Source: Micrococcales bacterium (GTDB lineage: Bacteria; Actinomycetota; Actinomycetes; S36-B12; UBA10799). Taken from it: a stretch of DNA of 64,000 nucleotides. The notes under the pieces are model-generated. The model was not told the origin of the DNA, searched no databases, and saw only the letters and a list, made by a program, of their open reading frames with translations. This document shows, one piece after another, positions 1 through 9,507 of this stretch. Position 1 is the stretch's first letter, and the number at the start of each line of letters is the position of its first letter. The translations under genes were made by a program, and so were the position numbers. The stretch lies in contig JADJCR010000008.1 of the NCBI GenBank assembly GCA_016703125.1, positions 113,396 to 177,395 of the forward strand, given 5' to 3'.

Positions 1-2
1 TC

Positions 3-107
3 ATCAGCGGCATCTTCGCGATCGTCCGCAAGCAGGTCCTGTGGGGCGTGGTGCTCATCGTGGTGGGCCTGCTCGTCGGCCCGGGTGGGGTTTCGCTGTT
101 CACGTGA
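3..107 (+). CDS. 3' end of a membrane protein gene (partial, runs off the window start)
   Basis: Open frame from the window edge to TGA at 105-107. Hydrophobic tail IISGIFAIVRKQVLWGVVLIVVGLLVGPGGVSLFT. No family call possible. Confidence 0.4.
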   Translation: MSGIFAIVRKQVLWGVVLIVVGLLVGPGGVSLFT

Positions 108-115
108 CGCCGCGC

Positions 116-585
116 TGAAGGCGGGAGAGGTTCGGGCGTTTGGGAGCGATCCAACCGGTGCTTTTCGCTCCCCGGTGTTGGCGGGGGTCACCGGCGGCGC
201 CGGCCAGCCGTAGGCGGGAGAGGTTCGGGCGTTTGGGAGCGATCCAACCGGTCCGTAACGCTCCCGGGTGTCCGTTTCGCTCCCGGGTAGGGCTCAACTC
301 TCCCGGATGAGGCTCGCACCTCGTCGAGCGGCACATCGGGGTCGGCCAGCTGAAGCCGGGAGAGGTTCGGGCGTTTGGGAGCGATCCAACCGGTGCTTTT
401 CGCTCCCCGGTGTTGGCGGGGGTCACCGGCGGCGCCGGCCAGCCGTAGGCGGGAGAGGTTCGGGCGTTTGGGAGCGATCCAACCGGTCCGTAACGCTCCC
501 GGGTGTCCGTTTCGCTCCCGGGTAGGGCTCAACTCTCCCGGATGAGGCTCACACCTCGTCGAGCGGCACATCGGGGTCGGCCAGC
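116..585. repeat. Tandem duplication of a 235-bp unit (116-350 and 351-585) carrying four copies of a 39-bp hairpin-forming core
   Basis: Core GCGGGAGAGGTTCGGGCGTTTGGGAGCGATCCAACCGGT at 121, 214, 356 and 449. The two units differ at only about 2 positions by eye. Each unit ends with a copy of the last 37 nt of the reductase gene (314-350 and 549-585). Confidence 0.9.
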
Positions 586-1763
586 CGTCCCGCATCCACC
601 TGCCGACCCGACAGGATCAGTCCGCGGATCGGATCCACCACGTCCCACACGTTCACGTTCATCCCCGCCTTCACCCGCCCGTCGTCGAGCCAGAAGGTGA
701 TGAACTCGCGAGCCAGCTCGTTGCCGCGGACCACGACGTCCGATGTCGCCGCGTCCGCGTGCCCCACGTACTCCATCCCGAGGTCGTACTGGTCGGTGTA
801 GAAGTACGGCAGCCGGTCGTACGCCGCCTCGATCCCGAGCATGCTTGCCGCTGCCACCGCCGGCTGGTTCAGCGCGTTGGCCCAGTGCTCCACCCGGATC
901 CGCCGACCCAGCACCGGGTGGAACGCGTTGGCCACGTCCCCGGCTGCGAACACATCGGCGTGACTGGTCCGCAGGTGCTCGTCGGTGAGGATGCCGTTGT
1001 CGACGTCCAGCCCGGCGGCCTGCGCGAGTTCGACGTTGGGGGCGATGCCCACTCCGACAACAACTGCGTCGGCGGCGATCACCCGGCCGTCAGCCAGGCG
1101 CACCCCTCGCACGGTGGCGTCACCTTCGAAACCCTCGACACCGGTGCCCAGTTCCAGGCGGACCCCGTTCTCCCGGTGCAGATCCGCGAACACGGCCGCC
1201 ATCCGCGGACCCAGCACACCGGCCAACGGTAGGGGTGCGGCCTCGATGACTGTGACATCTACCCCGGCTCTCCGGGCGGCTGCAGCCACCTCAAGCCCGA
1301 TCCAGCCCCCGCCGACGACGGCCAGGGCTCCCACCTCGTCGAACAGAGCGCGGATTCGCTGTGCGTCCTCGAGGGTGCGCAAGTAGTGGATGCCGGCCAG
1401 GTCGGCACCGGGAGCCTTCAACCGGCGCGGGCGGGCGCCGGTGGTGATCGCGAGCTTGTCGAAGGCGACCTCGGTGCCATCTGCCAGTGAAACGACATGC
1501 CGGGCCGGATCCAGCGCGACAACAGCGACCCCGAGCCGCAGGTCCACGTCGTGCTCGGCGTACCACTGCTCCGGGTGTACATGGACGTCCACGTCGTGCT
1601 TGCCCAGCAGGATCGCTTTCGTCAGCGGAGGGCGCTCGTACGGCCGGGACGGCTCGTCGCCGATGACCGTCACCTGGCCTTCGAAGCCGCTGTCCCGCAG
1701 ATGTTCGGCCGTCTTGGCGCCTGCGAGTCCGGCGCCGACGATGACGAAGTTCTGTGCGTTCAT
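549..1763 (-). CDS. FAD-dependent pyridine nucleotide-disulfide oxidoreductase (ferredoxin/rubredoxin reductase type)
   Basis: ORF 549..1787. Start moved to the ATG giving MNAQNFVIVGAGLAGAKTAE (GxGxxG dinucleotide fold). Second NAD fold ALAVVGGGWIGLEVAAAA. Tail motif FAAGDVA. Confidence 0.85.
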   Translation of the reverse strand: MNAQNFVIVGAGLAGAKTAEHLRDSGFEGQVTVIGDEPSRPYERPPLTKAILLGKHDVDVHVHPEQWYAEHDVDLRLGVAVVALDPARHVVSLADGTEVAFDKLAITTGARPRRLKAPGADLAGIHYLRTLEDAQRIRALFDEVGALAVVGGGWIGLEVAAAARRAGVDVTVIEAAPLPLAGVLGPRMAAVFADLHRENGVRLELGTGVEGFEGDATVRGVRLADGRVIAADAVVVGVGIAPNVELAQAAGLDVDNGILTDEHLRTSHADVFAAGDVANAFHPVLGRRIRVEHWANALNQPAVAAASMLGIEAAYDRLPYFYTDQYDLGMEYVGHADAATSDVVVRGNELAREFITFWLDDGRVKAGMNVNVWDVVDPIRGLILSGRQVDAGRLADPDVPLDEV

Positions 1764-1802
1764 GGGCGCGACGCTACCCGCGCTCACGCGAAGGTGCGAG
1801 AG

Positions 1803-2850
1803 CTAGCCGTACGTGAGCGCCTGGTTCAAGGCATCCGGCGTGAGCAGCCGGTCGAGGAGACCGTCGGCGAGTCCGAGTACGCCGGAATCGCCAGCCAAAT
1901 CGCTGGCAGTGATCTTCAGGTCCCGCATCGCCAGCGGCAGCGAACGGGAGTAGATCCGCTCGCGCACACCGGCCAGCAGGTGCTCCCCGGTGTTGGACAG
2001 TTGCCCACCGATCACGACGATGGCCGGGTTGAGCAGGCCGACCGCATCGGCTACGGACGAGCCGAGCACGCGGCCCGCCTCGCGCACCAGGCGGGTGGCG
2101 ACCGGATCGCCGTTCTGCACCGCGGTCACGACGTCGTCGACGGTCTGTACGGATCGACCGGCCGCGATCAGGTCCCGGATGATCGCCCAGCCCCCCGCGT
2201 ACGCCTCGACGCAGCCGAGTTGACCGCACCGGCACAGCGGTGGCTCGCCGTCCGCCTCGACGTCGGCGCGGATGTGCCCCAGGTCGCCGGCGGTGCCCTG
2301 CGCCCCGCGCAATGTGCGGCCGGTGGCGATGATCCCGGCGCCGATGCCGGTCCCCACCTTGACGAACAGCAGATCGTCCACGTCGTGGAACCGTGCCGCG
2401 CGTTCTCCGATCACCATGGCGTTGACGTCGTTGTCGACGAACACCAACGGGCCGAAGCGGTCACGCAGCCGGTCCGGGATGCACGTGCCGTCCCAGCCGT
2501 TCATGATCGGGGGGCTCACCACGGTGCCGGTGGCGGACTCCACCGGGCCGGGCACCGATACCCCGACCCCCCACTGCGGCAGTCGCTCGTCACGCAATTC
2601 GGCGAGTCCGGCCTCGACGGCGGCGAGGACCACGTCGGGTCCGTCGGCGATCGTGATGACTTCGTCTCGACGGCGCAGAACGCGGCCGCTCAGGTCGGTG
2701 GCCGCCAGCCGCATCCCCGATGCGCCGATGTCGGCGAGCAAGAGTTGCGCACGATCGGAGTTGAAGGCGAAGCGGGCGGCCGGCCGCCCCCGTGCCGACG
2801 AGGTGGTGCCCGCGGCGACCAGCAGGCCGGCCTCCACCGTCTTCCAGGCC
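1803..2850 (-). pseudogene. ROK-family regulator/sugar kinase lacking its N-terminal winged-helix domain
   Basis: ROK body is present: LLLADIGASGMRLAATD, FVDNDVNAMVIGE and the CRCGQLGCVEAYAGG zinc motif. Upstream of ...EAGLLVAAGTTSSARGRPAARFAFN the frame runs into the opposite-strand sugar-binding gene, so the HTH is missing. Confidence 0.7.
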
Positions 2851-3705
2851 ATGGAAGAGGGCATCAACGCCCAGGCGCAGGAGAGTGGCGCCCAGGTCGA
2901 GATCCAGGCGGCCACGAGCATCACCGACACCACCGGCCAGGCCGAGAAGCTCACGACCATGTCGCAGCAGGACTTCAACTGCTATGTCGTCAACCCGATC
3001 TCCGGCACGAACCTGGTGCAGGCGCTCGCACCGGTGGCAGCTGAGGGAACCCCGATCGTCAACATCGACAGCCCGATCGACGCCGACGCCGCGCAAGAGG
3101 CCGACATCACGCTCGAGACCTACATCGGCACCAACAACGAAGCCGCCGGTGGCAAGGGCGGCGAGTACATGATCGAGCAGATCACCAGCGGGCAGGTGGC
3201 GCTGGTAGGCGGTATCGCCGGCGACGTGACCAGCCAGGCCCGCCTCGACGGCTTCACCGCCGCGGTGGACGGCACCCTGGAGATCGTGCAGACCGTCGCC
3301 GCGGACTGGGAGCGCCAGAAGGCACTGACCGCCGCGACCGACATCATGCGCGCCAACCCCGACCTGAAGGGCTTCTTCGCCGCGAACGACGACATGGGCC
3401 TCGGTATCGCTCGCGCTGTCGCCAACGAGGGCAAGACCGGTGAGATCGCCGTGATCAGCGTGGACGGCAACGAGGACGCGCTGAAGGCCGTGGAGTCGGG
3501 CGACCTGACGGCCACCGTGGCCCAGTACCCGTACGAGATCGGAGCGCTCGGTGTGCAGGCCTGTGAAGCCGTGCTGGCCGGTCAGGACATCCCGACGAAC
3601 ATCGAGTCGCCCACCGCTCTGGTGACTGAGGAGAACGCCGCTGAGGCGATTGCCGCATTCCCGGCGCCCTTCGAGGAGTACCAGAACCCGCTGGCCGGGA
3701 GCTGA
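2840..3705 (+). pseudogene. Ribose-type periplasmic sugar-binding protein of an ABC transporter, missing its signal peptide and N-terminal segment
   Basis: Recognisable type I periplasmic-binding fold from ...TVFQAMEEGINAQAQESGAQVEI onward, with VNPISGTNLV, IVNIDSPI, GFFAANDDMGLGIA and VISVDGNEDALKAV. No signal peptide or lipobox upstream; that space is occupied by the ROK gene on the other strand. Confidence 0.7.
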
Positions 3706-3711
3706 TCGACG

Positions 3712-4692
3712 ATGTCGACCGTCTCCCCCACGGCGGAGGTGGACGAGGAGCGAGCCGGCTGGACCAGCCGGCTCGCCTCGGCCCCCTGGCCGGAACTCGC
3801 AGCCCCGATCGGGCTGGTCGTGCTCGTCGTGATCTTCGGACTGCTGGACTCAACGTTCGTGTCCGGCGGCAACATCGAAGCGATGTTGCAGGCCAGCGCG
3901 ATCCTGGTGGTGCTGGCCGTGGGGCAGACCTTCGTGGTGGCCACCGCGGGGATCGACCTGTCGATGGCTTCCGTGATGACCCTCGGTGCCATCGTGCTCG
4001 GTCTGACCTTGCAGGCCACCGACAACATCGCACTGGCCATCGTGGCCGGCATCCTGGCCTCCGGCGCAGTGGGCCTGCTCAACGGCACCATCATCGCCAA
4101 GGGCGGGATCACCGACTTCATCGTCACGCTGGGCACGCTCTCTGCGGCCTCCGGCCTGGCGCTGATCATCTCCGATGGCAAGCCCATCCCCGTTCTCGAC
4201 CGGTTCATGCTCAAGCTCGCCTCCGGCGGGGTCGGGCCCTTCAGCTGGTCGGTGATCGTGGCGGCGATCGTCGCCGTCGTGGCTCACATAGCGCTGTTCA
4301 ACAGCCGTTTCGGACTGCATGTCCTGGCAACCGGTGGTTCCGACGAGAGTGCCCGGGCAGTGGGTGTGCGTACCGCCCGGGTGAAGATCGCCGTCTACAC
4401 CCTCAGCGGTCTGCTCGCCGGGGTCGCCGCGGTACTGCTGGTGGCACGCGTCGGCGCCGCTGAGCCGGCCAGCAACACGAGCTTCTTGCTGAACTCGGTG
4501 GCTGCGGTCGTCCTCGGTGGTGTGAGCCTGTTCGGTGGCCGCGCCACGATCACCGGCCCCGTCATGGGTGCCCTGCTGCTGACCGCACTGGTCAACGGAC
4601 TGACCCTGCTCGGGCTGTCGCAGTTCTATCAACCGCTTGCTGTCGGCATCGTCGTGGTGCTGGCCGCCCTGCTCACGAGGTTCCAGAAATGA
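3712..4692 (+). CDS. Sugar ABC transporter permease (ribose/RbsC-like)
   Basis: 326 aa, multiple hydrophobic spans, typical motifs GIDLSMASVMTL and GGRATITGPVMGALLL. Directly follows the binding-protein gene. Confidence 0.85.
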   Translation: MSTVSPTAEVDEERAGWTSRLASAPWPELAAPIGLVVLVVIFGLLDSTFVSGGNIEAMLQASAILVVLAVGQTFVVATAGIDLSMASVMTLGAIVLGLTLQATDNIALAIVAGILASGAVGLLNGTIIAKGGITDFIVTLGTLSAASGLALIISDGKPIPVLDRFMLKLASGGVGPFSWSVIVAAIVAVVAHIALFNSRFGLHVLATGGSDESARAVGVRTARVKIAVYTLSGLLAGVAAVLLVARVGAAEPASNTSFLLNSVAAVVLGGVSLFGGRATITGPVMGALLLTALVNGLTLLGLSQFYQPLAVGIVVVLAALLTRFQK

Positions 4693-5471
4693 CTGAGACC
4701 ATGACGCAACAGGCGGTGCTGTCCGCCAGTCACATCCGCAAGAGTTTCGGCAACGTGCATGCACTCAAGGACGCGTCCCTGACCATGCAGCCGGGCGAGG
4801 TCACCGCGCTGATCGGCGACAACGGCGCCGGGAAGTCGACGCTGGTGCGCTGCATCTGCGGCATCCACCTCGCCGACGCCGGGACCGTCGAGGTGCAGGG
4901 CCAGCCGGTCCGCTTCAGCAACCCGGAGCAGGCCCGCGACGCCGGTATCGAGACGGTGCACCAGAACCTGGCACTCGTCGAGGACCTGACGGTGTGGCAG
5001 AACCTGTTCCTCACCCGGGAGAAGACCCGCGGCATCGGCCCGTTGCAGCTGATGAACCGGCGGGCCATGGCCACTCAGGCGACGGAGATGATGTCCACCC
5101 TGGCGATCAACGTGCCGTCGGTGAAGTCGCGGGTGCGCCGACTGTCCGGCGGGCAGCGGCAGGCAGTCGCCATCGCCCGCGCTGCCGGCTGGGGGTCATC
5201 CATCGTCATCATGGACGAACCCACCGCCGCTCTCGGTGTGCAGGAGACCGCACGTGTGGAGGAACTCATCCACGACCTGAAGTCCCGGGGCATCTCCATC
5301 ATGCTGATCAGCCACAACTTCGACCAGGTCCTACGCCTGTCCGATGCGGTGACGGTCATGCGCTCCGGGCGCACCGTCGCCACGCGGCGGGCGGCGGCCA
5401 CCCATGGCGACGAACTGGTCGGCCTGGTCACCGGCGCGGTGCCCGCCGACCCCGAATTCCAGACCCCCTGA
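4689..5471 (+). CDS. ABC transporter ATP-binding protein (single nucleotide-binding domain)
   Basis: Walker A GDNGAGKST, signature LSGGQRQAVAIARA, Walker B IVIMDEPTAALG. Start overlaps the permease stop by 4 nt. Confidence 0.9.
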   Translation: MTETMTQQAVLSASHIRKSFGNVHALKDASLTMQPGEVTALIGDNGAGKSTLVRCICGIHLADAGTVEVQGQPVRFSNPEQARDAGIETVHQNLALVEDLTVWQNLFLTREKTRGIGPLQLMNRRAMATQATEMMSTLAINVPSVKSRVRRLSGGQRQAVAIARAAGWGSSIVIMDEPTAALGVQETARVEELIHDLKSRGISIMLISHNFDQVLRLSDAVTVMRSGRTVATRRAAATHGDELVGLVTGAVPADPEFQTP

Positions 5472-5481
5472 AAGGACCACC

Positions 5482-6330
5482 ATGAACCCCCTGGGCCTGC
5501 ACGCCCTAGTGTGGACCGGACAGTGGACCCCCGAGTCCGCCCGGTACGCCATCGAGAGCACCAAGCGGATCGGCTTCGACCTCATCGAGATCCCGATCCT
5601 GGAGCCCGAGCACTTCGACATCGGGATGACCCGGCAGCTGCTGGCCGACAACGACCTGCAGGCGGCCTGCTCCTTGGGTCTGTCGGAGGACACCGACGTG
5701 TCCAGCCCGGACCCGGTGATCGTCGCTCGCGGCCGGGACCGCCTGGCCGCAGCGGTGGACGTGGCTGCCGGCATCGGCGCCGGGAACCTGTGCGGTGTGC
5801 TGTACTCGCGGCTGGGCAAATACCCCGAGCCACTGAGTCCGGCCGGCCGGGAGAACGTCCTGGCCAGCATCGCGTGGCTGGGCGAGCGCACCGCGCAGGC
5901 CGGGTTGCCCACCTCGCTGGAGGTGGTGAACCGCTATGAGACGAACGTGGTCAACACGGTGGCCGACATGGTCGTGCTGCTCGACGAGGCAGGGGTGGAT
6001 CTGGGCGTCCACCTCGACACCTACCACGCGAACATCGAGGAGAACGGGTTCTTCGAGCCGGTGACCGCTGCCGGCGACCGCCTGGGTTACGTGCACATCG
6101 GGGAGTCGCACCGCGGCTACCTGGGCACCGGCACCATCGACTTCGCGACGTTCTTCACAGCACTCAAGGCCAGCGGCTACTCCGGCCCGGTCACGTTCGA
6201 GTCCTTCTCGTCGGCCGTGGTGCACCCGGAACTGAGCAACTTGCTGGCCGTTTGGCGCAACCTGTGGGACGACAGCGAGGACCTCGCAACTCACGCCTAC
6301 CAGTTCATGGCCGATCACTTGCGCTCATGA
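5482..6330 (+). CDS. Sugar phosphate isomerase/epimerase, D-tagatose/D-psicose 3-epimerase-like TIM barrel
   Basis: ATG at 5482 preceded by AAAGGA. Metal-ligand-type motifs LEVVNRYE, HLDTYHANIEE and HIGESHRGYLGTG. Confidence 0.8.
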   Translation: MNPLGLHALVWTGQWTPESARYAIESTKRIGFDLIEIPILEPEHFDIGMTRQLLADNDLQAACSLGLSEDTDVSSPDPVIVARGRDRLAAAVDVAAGIGAGNLCGVLYSRLGKYPEPLSPAGRENVLASIAWLGERTAQAGLPTSLEVVNRYETNVVNTVADMVVLLDEAGVDLGVHLDTYHANIEENGFFEPVTAAGDRLGYVHIGESHRGYLGTGTIDFATFFTALKASGYSGPVTFESFSSAVVHPELSNLLAVWRNLWDDSEDLATHAYQFMADHLRS

Positions 6331-7706
6331 ATGTGTTCCTCGGCATCGACCTGGGTACGTCCGGTCTCAAGGTGTCCGCTGTCCATGAGGACGGCGTGGT
6401 CGTCGCCGAGGCCGAGGCCGCGTACCAGGTCGAACACCCACTGCCGGGGCACGCGGAGATCGACCCGCAGGCCTGGACCCAGGCACTGCAGCAGACCCTC
6501 GGGCAACTGAGCCGGATCCGGTTCCGCAGTCTCGCGATCGCCGGGCAGATGCACGGACTCGTCCTCGTCGACGCCGAGGGCGCGCCCTGCCGGCCGGCGG
6601 TGCTGTGGCCGGACCGGCGGGCGGAGACGCAGTTGCCCGCCTGGCGTGCTCTGTCGGCGGACCAGCGGACCCGCTTGGCCAACCCGCTGACGCCGGGCAT
6701 GGCTGGACCTATCCTCGGATGGATCCAGCAGCACGAGCCAGTGACTCTGCAAGCCGCGCAAGCGATGCTGCAGCCGAAGGACTACGTGCGTTCCGGGCTG
6801 GCCGGCGGTCTTGTGGGCGAGCGCAGCGACGCCTCGGCCACGCTGCTGTGGGACATCCCGGCGGACGCGTGGGCCGGCGACGTCGTCGAGGAGCTCGGTC
6901 TGCCCGGCCACCTGCTGCCGCAGGTGGTGCCCAGTCACGAGGTGGTGGGTACCGCTGACCTGCCAGGGGAGCCGGCGGTGGTCGCCGGGGCCGGTGACAC
7001 CCCAGCCGCGCTGCTGGGCAGCGGCGGACTGGCGCCCGGTGAGGTCCAGGTCAATCTGGGGTCGGGCGCGCAGATCCTTGTCGGCATCGACTCCCCACAT
7101 CCGATCGCCGACCCGGTCACCCACGTGTACGCCGACGCGGGCGAAGCCTGGTACGGCATGGTCGCGCTTCAGAACGGTGGCCTCGCCCTGAACCGGGTGC
7201 GCGAGTGGTTGCAGATGCCGTGGGACGAGCTGTTCGCCGCCGCCGGCGCGGTCGCCCCAGGGGCTGGCGGGGTCAGCGTGGTCCCCTACCTGAGCGGTGA
7301 GCGTGGCGGTGTGGCCTCGCCGACCAGTCGCGGCGCCTGGCTCGGGCTGACCGATGCCACCACCAGCGCCGACATCGCACGCGCCGCAGTCGAGGGGATG
7401 GTCTTCGCGATCCGGCAGGGGATCGACCTGCTCGGCGGTGCGCCCCGGCAGATCCGCGTGACCGGTGGTGGTGCCCGCAACCCACTGGTGCCGCAGATGC
7501 TGGCCGATGTCACAGGCGCGCAAGTGCACGTGTTCCCCGACCGCAGCGCGTCCGCCCTCGGTGCGGCCATGCTCGCCGCGGCCGGGGTGGGGGTGGTGGT
7601 CCCCTTGGTGCGCGAGGAACCGGTCAGCTTCGCCCCGCGCCGGGAACCCGCCCTCCGCGCGGCCTATCGCCGCTGGCACGACCGTCTGGCCGCCGCGGAC
7701 CTGTAG
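6327..7706 (+). CDS. FGGY-family carbohydrate kinase (xylulokinase-like)
   Basis: MNVFLGIDLGTSGLKVSAV N-terminus and GAGDTPAALLGSG. ATGA start/stop overlap with the isomerase gene at 6327-6330. Confidence 0.85.
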   Translation: MNVFLGIDLGTSGLKVSAVHEDGVVVAEAEAAYQVEHPLPGHAEIDPQAWTQALQQTLGQLSRIRFRSLAIAGQMHGLVLVDAEGAPCRPAVLWPDRRAETQLPAWRALSADQRTRLANPLTPGMAGPILGWIQQHEPVTLQAAQAMLQPKDYVRSGLAGGLVGERSDASATLLWDIPADAWAGDVVEELGLPGHLLPQVVPSHEVVGTADLPGEPAVVAGAGDTPAALLGSGGLAPGEVQVNLGSGAQILVGIDSPHPIADPVTHVYADAGEAWYGMVALQNGGLALNRVREWLQMPWDELFAAAGAVAPGAGGVSVVPYLSGERGGVASPTSRGAWLGLTDATTSADIARAAVEGMVFAIRQGIDLLGGAPRQIRVTGGGARNPLVPQMLADVTGAQVHVFPDRSASALGAAMLAAAGVGVVVPLVREEPVSFAPRREPALRAAYRRWHDRLAAADL

Positions 7707-7714
7707 CTCGCACC

Positions 7715-8740
7715 TCAGGGGCCGACCGCAACCCGCAGGCTGGCCCACCCCTCGCGCTCCAGAGGCTCGATGCCGGCGAGGAGGTCGGCGATGTCCGGCA
7801 GGCGGTCTGCGGCGTCGACGGTCTGACCCGCGGCGCTGAATGCCTCAGCCACCTGCTGCCAGGCGTCCCCGATGGGCTCGAATCCGGATCCGATCTGGGC
7901 CAGCCCGGGATCGCCCATGATTCCGGCGGCCTCGGCCAGGAAACGCCCGTACATGTACCGGAACATGCCGCCGCCGGTCCCCCCTGTGGAGTCAATGAGG
8001 ATGAACGCCTCTACACACGCCCGCTGGATCTGCTCCGGGGTCAGCGCCTGCGGCCACTCGCGCACCCGTTTGGCGGCGGTGGCGATGCCGCGCACGCCCA
8101 GATTCGCGATGGGCGGCTCGAGCATTCCCCGCACGACCTCCCGGATCGCTGTGCGCGTCTCGTCAGTGGTCGGCGGGCGGGCTTCGGCGAAGTCCCACGT
8201 CCACCACACGTTGCGGGGCGGAAAGGGCTTGTAGGTTGAGCTCCGGGCCATTGCGATCTCGTCCAGGGACACCGGGTGCAGGTTCATGTCGCGGTCGGCG
8301 ACCAGCACCTGCCTGTCGGCGTCCCACCCGCACACCACGACCACGTGCCCGCCGAAGTGGTACTCCTCAGGGAAGTCGAAGTAGGGCAGGAACCCCATGT
8401 CCACCCCGATCATCACGGGCGTTCCGCTCTGCAACACCCCGACCAGCGCCCTCTCGGCCTTACCCCGGCTCGACGTCGTGAACTCCTCGACGCTGACGCC
8501 GGTGCGACTGCCCGCGGTGCGGACAAGCCCCAACTCCCCGGGACGGCCGACGTTGGCGCGGCCGCCCAGGAACGGCGTCTGCCCCTTCATGTGCCAGTAG
8601 ACGAAGCCGACTCCGGCTCCGAGGCCGAGCAGCAGATCCTCGCTGACCGGCTGGCCGTGGAAGTCGTAGATGTGGCGCATCGACCCTGTGACGCAGTGCA
8701 GCGTCTCGAAGGACCGGAAACCCGGAAAGGCGGTTGGCAT
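7715..8740 (-). CDS. BtrH N-terminal domain / DUF4872-type protein
   Basis: From MPTAFPGFRSFETLHCVTGSMRHIYDFHG, with GFVYWHMKG and HFGGHVVVVCGWD. Start taken at the internal ATG, since the upstream ORF extension looks non-coding. Confidence 0.65.
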   Translation of the reverse strand: MPTAFPGFRSFETLHCVTGSMRHIYDFHGQPVSEDLLLGLGAGVGFVYWHMKGQTPFLGGRANVGRPGELGLVRTAGSRTGVSVEEFTTSSRGKAERALVGVLQSGTPVMIGVDMGFLPYFDFPEEYHFGGHVVVVCGWDADRQVLVADRDMNLHPVSLDEIAMARSSTYKPFPPRNVWWTWDFAEARPPTTDETRTAIREVVRGMLEPPIANLGVRGIATAAKRVREWPQALTPEQIQRACVEAFILIDSTGGTGGGMFRYMYGRFLAEAAGIMGDPGLAQIGSGFEPIGDAWQQVAEAFSAAGQTVDAADRLPDIADLLAGIEPLEREGWASLRVAVGP

Positions 8741-8803
8741 GGCGATCAACTCCGCACACAGGCTACGCCTCCGGTGTGACGATGAGAGGGAAAGAGGAGC
8801 CAC

Positions 8804-9069
8804 ATGGATCCCATCGCCACAATGGTCACCAGCCCGGTCGATGACGGTCAGATCGAGGTGTTCAGTTCTGGCCGGGGCCCTGCGGTAACGCCGCGGCCGC
8901 GGTGGCAGTTCTGCCATGCCGGCGGACCTCGGCCTCCCAACCGTGATCGACGACCTCGCCGCGGTGATGCCGGATGCCGACGTAGAGTTGATCCCCAGAC
9001 TCGGCCACGATGCCCTTGCCCAGAGCTCCGCGCCTCCTCGTGGACTCGCTGGTCCGGTTCCTTCGGTGA
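8804..9069 (+). pseudogene. Alpha/beta-hydrolase remnant (internal deletion plus frame changes)
   Basis: The N-terminal piece MDPIATMVTSPVDDGQIEVFSSGRGPAV is joined to a C-terminal piece DLGLPTVIDDLAAVMPDADVELIPRLGHDA. A tail ...LLVDSLVRFLR* lies in a third frame. The catalytic core is absent. Confidence 0.5.
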
Positions 9070-9108
9070 GTATTCCCCTCCCGGACCCGGTCGGAGTAGG
9101 GTCTGCCC

Positions 9109-9468
9109 ATGCGCCGCCTGTTGCTGATGCTCCCGATCGCTGCCCTCGCCATCCTGTTCATGCCCGCCAGCGCCTCGGCCAAGCCGGTCGTCCATTGCGA
9201 CAACGTGCGCGCCGACATCGGCAGTAAGACCTACGTCCTGGCCATCAAGGTGAAGGTCCGCGGGCTGCCGTGCTCCGCCACCAAAGCCTTCTGGAAGTCC
9301 TTCGCGACCGGCGAGACGGGCGATGCCACGACCGAGGACTTGCGCGTCGGCTGCAAGGACGGCTCCAAAGGGCAGCAGAAGGCGGCCGCCAAGCGGGGCC
9401 GGATGGCCTACTCATGCACCAGCAGCAACGGCAAGATCAACACGAAGGCGTGGGTCCTCGGGGGCTGA
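9109..9468 (+). CDS. Small secreted Cys-containing protein (paralog of 16803..17156)
   Basis: Signal peptide MRRLLLMLPIAALAILFMPASASA. Shares C..V, V.GL.C..AKAFW, CK.GSK, RMAY.C and the identical C-terminus TKAWVLGG with the 16.8 kb copy. Confidence 0.75.
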   Translation: MRRLLLMLPIAALAILFMPASASAKPVVHCDNVRADIGSKTYVLAIKVKVRGLPCSATKAFWKSFATGETGDATTEDLRVGCKDGSKGQQKAAAKRGRMAYSCTSSNGKINTKAWVLGG

Positions 9469-9507
9469 TCCCACCGCCCTCCCGGGTAGCGCGTAACCCC
9501 CGCCCGG

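Noticed and set aside
116-585. Possible CRISPR array
   Set aside because: The repeats are a duplicated 235-bp block with nested cores, not short repeats separated by unique spacers of uniform length. No cas genes are present.
1497-3044. 515-aa ORF on the plus strand
   Set aside because: Antisense to the reductase and ROK genes, Arg/Pro/Gly/Ala-rich and without motifs. A typical high-GC shadow ORF. The same reasoning rejects 6315..7748(-), 10281..11888(+), 11603..13108(+), 13544..14644(-), 18724..20835(+), 23402..24988(-), 29580..30758(+), 33541..34905(+), 42871..44223(+), 46183..47301(+), 48318..49988(-), 55316..56647(+), 56437..57819(+) and 59581..60942(+).
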